Part shown: in pieces, positions 9,765 through 17,325 of the stretch | Layout: each line of letters starts with the position of its first letter | Numbering within the stretch: the stretch's first letter is position 1 | Assembly: GCA_031284525.1 (NCBI GenBank) | Contig: JAISZR010000001.1 | Span: 51,623-115,622 of the forward strand | DNA: 64,000 nucleotides | From: Oscillospiraceae bacterium | Lineage (GTDB): Bacteria; Bacillota; Clostridia; Oscillospirales; Ruminococcaceae | Reading direction: 5' to 3' | Translations under genes and position numbers: made by a program | Notes under the pieces: generated by a model | Seen by the model: only the letters and a program-made list of their open reading frames with translations | Database searches by the model: none | What the model was told of the DNA's origin: nothing

Positions 9765-10190
9765 TTGAGCGAAGGGCGGATTTCGGAAGATAGCACCCGT
9801 TTGGGGAATATTTCGGCTATTGGTTCCCAAAAGACCACTGAGACGGCGCATGGTTCATTCGATGCGGAGTTGAAGAGGGCTAAGCGGCCGACGCCTGAAT
9901 CTTTGAAACACGAGCAACAGCCCGGTTATGGTGTAATTTTGACGAAACACGCTAGTTTGCGGCTTACCGAACGAGGGAGAACGCTGACCGCGCAGGATGC
10001 AGAAAAGATTAGTGCTGTGTGTGAAAAAGAGAAGGAAAAATACGGCGCGAACGATCAGATTGGTCTTTGTTTGGGTGGCGATGTGTTTGTTGTCTTCCCG
10101 GGGGATAAGCGAATCAAAACGGTATTGACTGCCGACGGCAAAGAAGGCACATGGGTCGACGGCATTAAGGGTTTTTATTTGAGTAAGTAG
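9765..10190 (+). CDS. Small flagellar operon protein (TIGR02530-like) found between flgD and flgE in Clostridia
   Basis: TTG start 7 nt after AAGGAGGGG. ILTKHASLRLTERGRTLTAQDAEKIS...VFVVFPGDKRIKTVLTA resembles that family. Position. Confidence 0.6.
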   Translation: MSEGRISEDSTRLGNISAIGSQKTTETAHGSFDAELKRAKRPTPESLKHEQQPGYGVILTKHASLRLTERGRTLTAQDAEKISAVCEKEKEKYGANDQIGLCLGGDVFVVFPGDKRIKTVLTADGKEGTWVDGIKGFYLSK

Positions 10191-10281
10191 GGCTGGACCT
10201 TTTTAGGAAGCCCGGAGAAGTTTTGAACGACAGAGAAACTTCAAAAAGTGAGAAAATTGAAACTAAAAGGGAGATGTAAAA

Positions 10282-11646
10282 ATGGGATTAGAAGGTTTAG
10301 GAGCAGCTGCTCGTGCGCTGCAGAAGGGGATCGATGTTGCTGCCTATAACGGAGCAAATCAAAATAGCGGCGGCCATAAGGCGGATCAGTTTATTCTCAG
10401 AACAGGGGCGTATTCGTCAAGTGGCGTGGCACAAAGGGCCACAACGGTACGGGGTTCTGAAAAAACGACCCAAATCCCGCGCGGAATAGGCAAAGCGCGG
10501 ATGCATCAATCGCAGGAACAAGGTGCCTTGCGCGAAACAGGAGTGGCGGAGAACTGTGCGATTGAGGGGCTTGGCCACTTTGTCGTCGGCCAGGTGGACC
10601 AGATGCTTGGAGCTGATCCAATGAAATTACACCCGCTGCACCCAGACGCCTGCGTTGACGTTGGTCCTGGCGCCACCATTTTGCGAGCGTTTGGCGACGT
10701 CCAAGCGCAGACGGCAGCAAACGTTGCAATTGCTGGTGGAGACTTATACGACTCGCTGGGTAATCCTGGTGTTGGGGGTGTCGGTCCGGGAAATCCTGCG
10801 GTTGCTCCGCTGGTAGTCCTTCCCATAAAGCCTCAAGCGGACCGCGGTAATGCTTTTGGTGTAAATCGCATTGGTGCCCCAAATCAAGCGAGCGCCAACG
10901 GGACACTGCGTACTGTTTTGTCCCGTTTTGGTGATTTCGAGTGGTCGTCGGAAGTTCCGTTCACAACGCCTGGCGCTGTGTTCGGTCCGGGCGCAGCAGA
11001 TCGCACATCCACATTCAGCTGGCTGCAAACAATGGATGGCGATATCGTTTGCGGGTGGCCTAATTTAAATCTGTATCACCCAACAAACAAAACGCCGCAG
11101 TACAAGGACGGTCATATGGATGTTGCCGGCCAAACGGGTCACCAAGCCGCCGACCGGGCCGACGTTCCCGCGGGTGGTGGCGTGCCTCCTGCCGCGCCGG
11201 CCATCGGAGCTGCTGGGTTTGACAGGATAGGCTTTAAGGCCGTTCCTTGCAGCGCGGCCAACATGTGCTTTTTCCGAATTCCGGAAGTGCGCAAGTATGA
11301 GCCGATTGAAATAACGGCCGAAGGCGCTGTTGTGGGTATGGTTGGCACGGAAAAAGTAGAACTGGGGAGAATCGCCATAGCAAAGGTGAGCGCACCGCAG
11401 AATCTGAAAAAAATCGGAAACTCTCGTGTTCTTTACTCAGAACCTGCTGGTGATCTCTTGGTTGGAGCGCAGGCTGTGGCGGATGGCATTGGTGAAGTTG
11501 CCTCTGGTGTGGTTGAGCTTTCCAATGTGGATTTAGCCGAGCAATCCGTTTTCCTTGTAACTTATTCCGCGAATTATGGTTGGGTGCTTCATGCTTTATC
11601 AAAGGGCGCGTCCAACTTGGAAAGAGTGACGGAAATTATAAGGTAG
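10282..11646 (+). CDS. flgE: Flagellar hook protein FlgE (highly divergent)
   Basis: N-terminal LGAAARALQKGIDVAAYNGANQNSGGHK aligns to [26 protein letters not shown]. C-terminal VELSNVDLAEQSVFLVT aligns to LE.SNVDL.EEF..MI. 454 aa; position after flgD. Confidence 0.7.
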   Translation: MGLEGLGAAARALQKGIDVAAYNGANQNSGGHKADQFILRTGAYSSSGVAQRATTVRGSEKTTQIPRGIGKARMHQSQEQGALRETGVAENCAIEGLGHFVVGQVDQMLGADPMKLHPLHPDACVDVGPGATILRAFGDVQAQTAANVAIAGGDLYDSLGNPGVGGVGPGNPAVAPLVVLPIKPQADRGNAFGVNRIGAPNQASANGTLRTVLSRFGDFEWSSEVPFTTPGAVFGPGAADRTSTFSWLQTMDGDIVCGWPNLNLYHPTNKTPQYKDGHMDVAGQTGHQAADRADVPAGGGVPPAAPAIGAAGFDRIGFKAVPCSAANMCFFRIPEVRKYEPIEITAEGAVVGMVGTEKVELGRIAIAKVSAPQNLKKIGNSRVLYSEPAGDLLVGAQAVADGIGEVASGVVELSNVDLAEQSVFLVTYSANYGWVLHALSKGASNLERVTEIIR

Positions 11647-11657
11647 TTACCCTTTTT

Positions 11658-11693
11658 GCTGGCGGTGGCTAGCCATCGCCAGCAGGCCGCGGA
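11658..11693 (+). terminator. Strong GC-rich hairpin between flgE and fliM, without a T-tract (attenuator or mRNA-stabilising element?)
   Basis: gctggcg-g-tggc-ta-gcca-t-cgccagc forms an extended imperfect stem, 12 nt after the flgE stop. No downstream U-run. Confidence 0.35.
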
Positions 11694-11762
11694 TCTGGGT
11701 TCCGTTGTGACCTTGCACACGAGTTTGCAGGAAGCGAGTAGTTAGGGAGGAGTTTTTCTAAA

Positions 11763-12734
11763 ATGGCAGATACCTTGACCAAAGAAAACCGTGACAAACT
11801 TAAGAAATTGGGGTACGCTGTTGACTTGCTCGAAGAAGATAGCCGGCGGATACAGGAATATGATTTCAGGTCCCCGCGCCGATTCACACGAGATAATGTC
11901 CGGCTGCTAAATGGCGTTTACGATTGCTTTGCGAAAACTTTTGCAAACAAATTGTCGGGTCTATTTCGCATCCCTGTGCAGGTGGATCTGCTGTCTGTTA
12001 AAGAGGGCCAGTATGGCGATTTTTCGAGAGAAGTTGGTTCACGAGTAGTGATGCCCATCATCGAGACAAAGATGAAAGAGGGGACTGAATACGTTACCAA
12101 TCATTTCGCCATTTCCTTTCCAACTGAGGTTGTTCATTACGTAGTGAACAGATTGCTTGGCGGTGACGAAGGGGCAGTCAGGGAAGACCACGATTTCACA
12201 GAGTTAGAGCTTAATTTAATCAAGAACTTCGTCCTTGTGAATGTAACTCCCATAATAGAAGTCGCTTGGTCGAGTTACATAGATGTCATTACCACTTGTA
12301 CCGGTATAGTTTTGTCTCCTGGCTTGAATAAGTACTTCTCTTCTGATTTGCCGATTCTGAATATCGAGTTCGAAATAGTGATTGCGTCTATAACCAAAAA
12401 ATTCAGTGTTTGCATGTCGTTTGATTTGCTCGAAAGCATCTTCCGCAATTTTGGGAACCGGTTCATGGGCCTTGCAGATGATAGCAAGAGTAAGCAAAAA
12501 AAGAGTCTGATGTTGGAACACATAAAAGAATCTGAAGTTGACGTTAGTGTCGTTTTGGGTAAGACCGAGCTGGAATTGGGTGATATTTTGGCCTTGCACA
12601 CGGGTGATATTGTGATGTTAGATAGTTTCACGGACTCGTCGGTTAAGGTTATCATCAAAGGTAAGGATTGGTTTTCAGGGAAGATCGGACTGTATAGAGG
12701 CAGAAGAGCAGTCAAAGTTACAGAATTGCTGTAA
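11763..12734 (+). CDS. fliM: Flagellar motor switch protein FliM
   Basis: IQEYDFRSPRRFTRDNVRLLNGVYDCFAKTFANKLSGLFRIPVQVDLLSV is the conserved FliM N-terminal core. C-terminal SpoA-like domain. 323 aa. Confidence 0.92.
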   Translation: MADTLTKENRDKLKKLGYAVDLLEEDSRRIQEYDFRSPRRFTRDNVRLLNGVYDCFAKTFANKLSGLFRIPVQVDLLSVKEGQYGDFSREVGSRVVMPIIETKMKEGTEYVTNHFAISFPTEVVHYVVNRLLGGDEGAVREDHDFTELELNLIKNFVLVNVTPIIEVAWSSYIDVITTCTGIVLSPGLNKYFSSDLPILNIEFEIVIASITKKFSVCMSFDLLESIFRNFGNRFMGLADDSKSKQKKSLMLEHIKESEVDVSVVLGKTELELGDILALHTGDIVMLDSFTDSSVKVIIKGKDWFSGKIGLYRGRRAVKVTELL

Positions 12735-12774
12735 AAGAACATAAGGTCCTGCGAAGAATTTGAAAAGGGGGCTT

Positions 12775-13989
12775 ATGGATTTGCAAGTAACGGAAACGAA
12801 ATCTTTGATGGAAAGCAGTTTAACAAAGATTTTTGGTGCTGTGCGCGCGTGTTTTAGTAATGTTTTGTCTTTGGATTTGGATTTGAGCATAAGAGAGATT
12901 GTTTTCGAGGACTTTTCAGAATTTCGGGTTGGGCCAGGCGACGAGTTGATTGGTACCGATTTCTTTATAAACAACGGCAAGATGGAAAAATTTGGTTTGT
13001 TGTTTTCAAAAAAAGAAGATGTCAGGGTGCTTTTCAGCAGTGTGATTGGTATGCAGATTGCACAAGATAGCTTTGAATTTGATGTTGTGGCGCGTGAGAC
13101 GATCTTTGAATTGCTCAGCAAGGTTTTTCTGGAGATAAAAGAGAGCGCCCTTAGGGGCGGGGAGACTAAGCCGCTAGAGTTGAGAGCAGAGGATATCTTT
13201 TTGGTGGGTGATCTTAGGAAATATGTCAGGCGCTTTCGGCGAGAAAAACTGGCAAGGGTGACCCTCAATTTTTCTGTTACAACGCTTATCAATAGCGAAC
13301 TTTGCTTGTTTTTGCCCTGTGCGTTATTCCCGCAATCCAAAGCCCAAAAAAATTTAGTTACGGATGAGGCCTCGGGCGCGGGATTTGAAAAAGTAGAGAC
13401 CTCGCCTGATTTAGATAAAGCGCGTGGGTCAACTGTCCAAGAATTTAAAGCTCCACGGGTTGCTGATGTAAAAAAGGTGGAAGCTGCCGGTGAAAAGCGA
13501 GATGCTGTAAGTGGTCCGAATAAAATAATCTATGAAAGATCAGAAAGGAAGAGCAAAATGCAGGAAACTTCAGAAAATGCGGAGAACGTTGAGGCAAAGG
13601 TCAGTGAGCATGATCTTTCAGATACCACCAAGGAGGAGAGGTCGGATACGGTGGCTCCGTCAAAAGGATCTGGGATAAAGTTAGCTGAGTTTGAATCTTT
13701 TGAGGAAGAGGATAGCGCTAAGATAAACAACTTGTCCAATCTGAAATTGGTGATGTCAATTCCGGTTGATGTTCGTGTTGAATTGGGGAGGACTCAAAAG
13801 AAGATCAAAGAAGTGCTGGAATATGGCAAAGGGACCGTTATCCAGTTGGATAAGCATGCTGGTTCTCAGGTTGACATTATAATTAATGGCCAGAAGATTG
13901 CTAAAGGTGATGTTGTGGTTGTGGAAGAGAATTTTGGTGTGAGGATAACGGAGATTGCCAAGCCAAAAGATCTACTGGACATTTTATAA
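12775..13989 (+). CDS. fliY: Flagellar motor switch protein FliY/FliN (CheC-like N-terminal part plus FliN SpoA domain)
   Basis: C-terminal LVMSIPVDVRVELGRTQKKIKEVLEYGKGTVIQLDKHAGSQVDIIINGQKIAKGDVVVVEENFGVRITEI is a canonical FliN domain. ATG at 12775 follows AAGGGGG. Confidence 0.9.
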   Translation: MDLQVTETKSLMESSLTKIFGAVRACFSNVLSLDLDLSIREIVFEDFSEFRVGPGDELIGTDFFINNGKMEKFGLLFSKKEDVRVLFSSVIGMQIAQDSFEFDVVARETIFELLSKVFLEIKESALRGGETKPLELRAEDIFLVGDLRKYVRRFRREKLARVTLNFSVTTLINSELCLFLPCALFPQSKAQKNLVTDEASGAGFEKVETSPDLDKARGSTVQEFKAPRVADVKKVEAAGEKRDAVSGPNKIIYERSERKSKMQETSENAENVEAKVSEHDLSDTTKEERSDTVAPSKGSGIKLAEFESFEEEDSAKINNLSNLKLVMSIPVDVRVELGRTQKKIKEVLEYGKGTVIQLDKHAGSQVDIIINGQKIAKGDVVVVEENFGVRITEIAKPKDLLDIL

Positions 13990-13995
13990 AAAGGA

Positions 13996-14337
13996 TTGTT
14001 TTGTTTGAGTGATGTTTGCAGCGGACTGTTATCTTTTGTTGGCGTTGTGGGATTGTTTGCTCTCCTTTTCTTTTTTTGTAAAAAATTGCAATCGGGGAAC
14101 ATTGTCGGTGTAACATCGAGCAAGTATATGGTTGTGGTGGATAAGGTCGCGCTTGGTCCGAGTAGTTCTCTTGCTATTGTGAAAATAGGGGGCAAATATT
14201 ATCTTGCCTCCGTGTCGGGCGCGGGAGTGACTTTGCATGGCAACATTGAACAATCTGATCTTGTTGAAGCACAGAGGCGCACCGTGGGTCTAGGTAAGTT
14301 GCGGTTTCGCGGCAAAATGTCGAAGGGTGAGTTGTAG
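13996..14337 (+). CDS. fliO: Flagellar biosynthesis protein FliO (FliZ)
   Basis: Single N-terminal TM helix plus a small soluble domain (LAIVKIGGKYYLASVSGAGV). Position immediately before fliP. Start uncertain (TTG at 13996 or 14005). Confidence 0.7.
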   Translation: MFCLSDVCSGLLSFVGVVGLFALLFFFCKKLQSGNIVGVTSSKYMVVVDKVALGPSSSLAIVKIGGKYYLASVSGAGVTLHGNIEQSDLVEAQRRTVGLGKLRFRGKMSKGEL

Positions 14338-14361
14338 GTTACGATTGGGATGTGAATCTTT

Positions 14362-15093
14362 TTGAAAAAGCTTTTGAAACCTCTGCTTTTGCTGGTCTTT
14401 GGGTTTGTTGTTTGCAACAATTTGGCTTCCGCTGCAGGAATTTCTGTTAATGTGGATGGAAGAGACACTGGGCCGCTAGACATTCTTTTTCTATCAACGC
14501 TGCTTACGTTATTACCAACAATTGTCTTGCTGATGACCTGTTTCACAAGGATAGTGATTGTGTTTTCTTTTTTGAAAAATGCGATGGGGACGGCGCAGGT
14601 GCCGCCTACTCAAGTGGTAGTTGGCCTTTCACTTTGTCTCACTTTGTTCGTCATGTCTGGGCCTGTTAAGCAAATAGAAAACGAAGCTTACAGGCCGTAT
14701 AAGGCGGGACAGATTAATGGTGAGCAAGCGCTCTTAAAGGCGGCGGAACCACTAAAAAGATTCATGTGCAACAACACACGAAAAGAAGATCTAGCGTTGT
14801 TTATGAAAATTAGCAAAACGCCGCCGGTCAAGGATTTTAGAGATTTAGAGATGATAACTGTTGTTCCGGCGTTTGTTGTTAGTGAAATCAGAACGGCCTT
14901 TGTGATAGGTTTTAGTTTGTTTATCCCGTTTATCGTGGTAGATATGGTGGTTTCCAGCATTTTAATGTCCTTGGGAATGGTGATGCTGCCACCCGCGATG
15001 ATATCCTTACCGTTTAAGATTTTGCTGTTCATTTTGGCCGATGGTTGGGGGATGTTGATCAAGTCTTTGGTCGAGGGTTTTAAGATGGGTTAG
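14362..15093 (+). CDS. fliP: Flagellar export apparatus protein FliP
   Basis: Signal-like N-terminus, then FTRIVIVFSFLKNAMGTAQVPPTQVVVGLSLCLTLFVM and PAFVVSEIRTAFVIGF, both conserved FliP blocks. Confidence 0.95.
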   Translation: MKKLLKPLLLLVFGFVVCNNLASAAGISVNVDGRDTGPLDILFLSTLLTLLPTIVLLMTCFTRIVIVFSFLKNAMGTAQVPPTQVVVGLSLCLTLFVMSGPVKQIENEAYRPYKAGQINGEQALLKAAEPLKRFMCNNTRKEDLALFMKISKTPPVKDFRDLEMITVVPAFVVSEIRTAFVIGFSLFIPFIVVDMVVSSILMSLGMVMLPPAMISLPFKILLFILADGWGMLIKSLVEGFKMG

Positions 15094-15133
15094 GTAATTT
15101 TTTGATCAACGATTTAAAGAGGGGCGATAGTTA

Positions 15134-15403
15134 GTGACAGAAGATACAGTTTTGAATTTGTTTAACAGCGCGGTTTTGGTGGCGTTCAAGTTGTCACTTC
15201 CAATTCTTCTTTCTAGCATGGTGTTGGGGTTGATAGTCTCTATGTTTCAGGCAGCAACTCAAATTCACGAACAGACTTTGACGTTTATTCCAAAGATTAT
15301 TTTGCTGGGAGTGATGTTGGTTGTCTTGGGTCCGTGGATGCTGAGGCTGTCCACGGAGTTTTTTGGAGAGGTTTTCATGTTTATAAGAGAGACCAGCAAG
15401 TAA
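15134..15403 (+). CDS. fliQ: Flagellar export apparatus protein FliQ
   Basis: 89-aa two-TM protein. VSMFQAATQIHEQTLTFIPKI is the FliQ signature. Confidence 0.93.
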   Translation: MTEDTVLNLFNSAVLVAFKLSLPILLSSMVLGLIVSMFQAATQIHEQTLTFIPKIILLGVMLVVLGPWMLRLSTEFFGEVFMFIRETSK

Positions 15404-15413
15404 GGGATAGAAA

Positions 15414-16184
15414 ATGGATAAGCTTGTGGATAATTATCAACTGTTTCTGCTGATTCTAGCGCGGATGATTGGTTTTGTGTTCATGAATCCCTTTTTTGGA
15501 AAGAGCAACGTCTTCTCGCTGATCAGAGTTGGGATTGCAGGTATTTTGTCCTTTACGGTTTTTTTTAATTTTGATGTCACAGAAAATCTTTCAAATGGCG
15601 TGCTTGTGTTTGGGCTGATGTTTTGTTTGGAGTTTTTCTGGGGGTTTTTGCTCTCTTTTGTTGTTGATCTAGTTCTTTCTGCAATAATTTTTGGTGGTGA
15701 GCTTTTCGATATGCAGATGGGTCTTTCTATGAGCAAGTTTTACGACCCGTCTTCTGGTGCAGAGTTGCCAACAACAGGTGCGTTGATCAGAGTTTTGTTT
15801 ATGATTACCTTCTTTTTGACCAGCTCGCATGTTCATTTGATTGATATCATAATAAAGTCATATCAGGCGTTGCCGATTGGCAAATGGCCTGGTTTGGGTG
15901 CATTTTCCTACATACTGACGCTCAACAAAGATGTTTTGACTATGGGACTTAAAATGGCAATGCCAATGATTGCTGCCGTTTCAATTATGGATATCGGAAT
16001 CGGTGTGTTGATGAGGACAGTGCCACAATTGAATGTCTTTGTTTTGAATATATATATAAAGTTTGTGGTAGGGTTTTTGCTCTTGTTGAAACTAAGTCCC
16101 AGCTTTATAGGGTTTTCGCATATGTTAGCAGATAAGATGTTTTTAGGAATGGAAAATTTGCTAGCTTTGGCTGTGAAGGTGTGA
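15414..16184 (+). CDS. fliR: Flagellar export apparatus protein FliR
   Basis: 256-aa polytopic membrane protein between fliQ and flhB. FDMQMGLSM motif. Confidence 0.9.
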   Translation: MDKLVDNYQLFLLILARMIGFVFMNPFFGKSNVFSLIRVGIAGILSFTVFFNFDVTENLSNGVLVFGLMFCLEFFWGFLLSFVVDLVLSAIIFGGELFDMQMGLSMSKFYDPSSGAELPTTGALIRVLFMITFFLTSSHVHLIDIIIKSYQALPIGKWPGLGAFSYILTLNKDVLTMGLKMAMPMIAAVSIMDIGIGVLMRTVPQLNVFVLNIYIKFVVGFLLLLKLSPSFIGFSHMLADKMFLGMENLLALAVKV

Positions 16185-16216
16185 AAAATTGATTCTAAAA
16201 GCAAAGTTGGTGGATA

Positions 16217-17296
16217 ATGCCGCAACAAAATAAAACCGAAAAAGCGACCCCAAGGCGACGTCAGGAACAGAGAAAGGAAGGGCGAACTGCTCAGAGTCAA
16301 GATCTAACCCTTGTTCTTTCCCTGTTTGGTGTGTTCTGCACAATTAAACTGTTTATGCCATATGCAACTGTTTTCATAAAGGACTATTATGTTTATGTGA
16401 TGGAGAACCTGAGCTCCTTGGTGAAAGATGGGTTGGTGGGGCAGCGGCCTTTTTTGATCAAGACCGTTTCGTGTTTTTTCTTGTCGGCATTTCCCATTAT
16501 TTTGGTCGCGGGACTTTGCGGAGTACTTTTTACGGGGTTGCAGACTGGGTTTTTGGTTTCAAAAAAAGCGATGGCGTTTAAATTTTCGCATTTTAATCCT
16601 GTTAACGGGTTTAAAAATATGTTTTCGGGCAGGGCTTTTGTGAAGTTGGCTTCGGCGAGCCTTAAAACAGTAGTCGTGGGTTGGGTACTCTACTTGGGTT
16701 ATCGTAAATCAGCGGAATCGTTCGCTTGTTTGATAGATGTGGATTTGGGCTGTGGGATATTGTTCATCGTAAAAGAACTCAGTAGAATTGTGTTTAACCT
16801 ATTTTTGGCGCTGTTGGGGATTGCGGCCTTTGATTACTTTTATAATTGGTGGTCCTTTGAAAAGAGCATTAAAATGACGAAACAAGAAGTTAAAGAGGAA
16901 TATAAACAGCTCGAAGGAGACCCGCAGATAAAAGGTTTCATAAGACGTCGGCAGCGGCAGCTCGCACGGAGTAGGATGATGCAAATGGTCCCCAAGGCTG
17001 ATGTGGTAATAAGAAACCCCACTCACTTTGCCGTGGCACTTAAGTATGAGCAGGAAAAAGATTTTGCACCAAAGGTGATTGCAAAAGGAGCCGATAATGT
17101 TGCGCTCAAGATAATTGAGATTGCAAAAGAGAGTGATGTTCCGATTATTGAGGATAAATCGTTGGCGCGTACTCTTTATAAGAGTGTGAAGCTTGGAAAG
17201 ATGATTCCATCTGAAACGTTTAAAGCTGTGGCAGAAGTTCTGGTTTGGGTTTACAGGATGAAAAAAAAGAATCTTGAAATGGAAGAGTTGGTCTAA
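16217..17296 (+). CDS. flhB: Flagellar export switch protein FlhB
   Basis: N-terminal QNKTEKATPRRRQEQRKEGRTAQSQDL and the autocleavage site NPTHFAVAL (NPTH). 359 aa. Confidence 0.96.
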   Translation: MPQQNKTEKATPRRRQEQRKEGRTAQSQDLTLVLSLFGVFCTIKLFMPYATVFIKDYYVYVMENLSSLVKDGLVGQRPFLIKTVSCFFLSAFPIILVAGLCGVLFTGLQTGFLVSKKAMAFKFSHFNPVNGFKNMFSGRAFVKLASASLKTVVVGWVLYLGYRKSAESFACLIDVDLGCGILFIVKELSRIVFNLFLALLGIAAFDYFYNWWSFEKSIKMTKQEVKEEYKQLEGDPQIKGFIRRRQRQLARSRMMQMVPKADVVIRNPTHFAVALKYEQEKDFAPKVIAKGADNVALKIIEIAKESDVPIIEDKSLARTLYKSVKLGKMIPSETFKAVAEVLVWVYRMKKKNLEMEELV

Positions 17297-17325
17297 ACTG
17301 TGAGTAATACGAAAGGTGAGGGCAA

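Noticed and set aside
10397-11602. Stack of 79-169 aa antisense ORFs inside flgE
   Set aside because: This is typical shadow-ORF behaviour in a locally GC-rich gene. They have no SD sequences, and their Arg/Pro/Gln-rich composition looks like junk. The plus-strand frame carries recognisable FlgE termini.
12675-13340. 221-aa minus-strand ORF opposite the fliM end and fliY start
   Set aside because: It overlaps two well-supported flagellar switch genes and has no SD. Ser/Lys-rich shadow frame.
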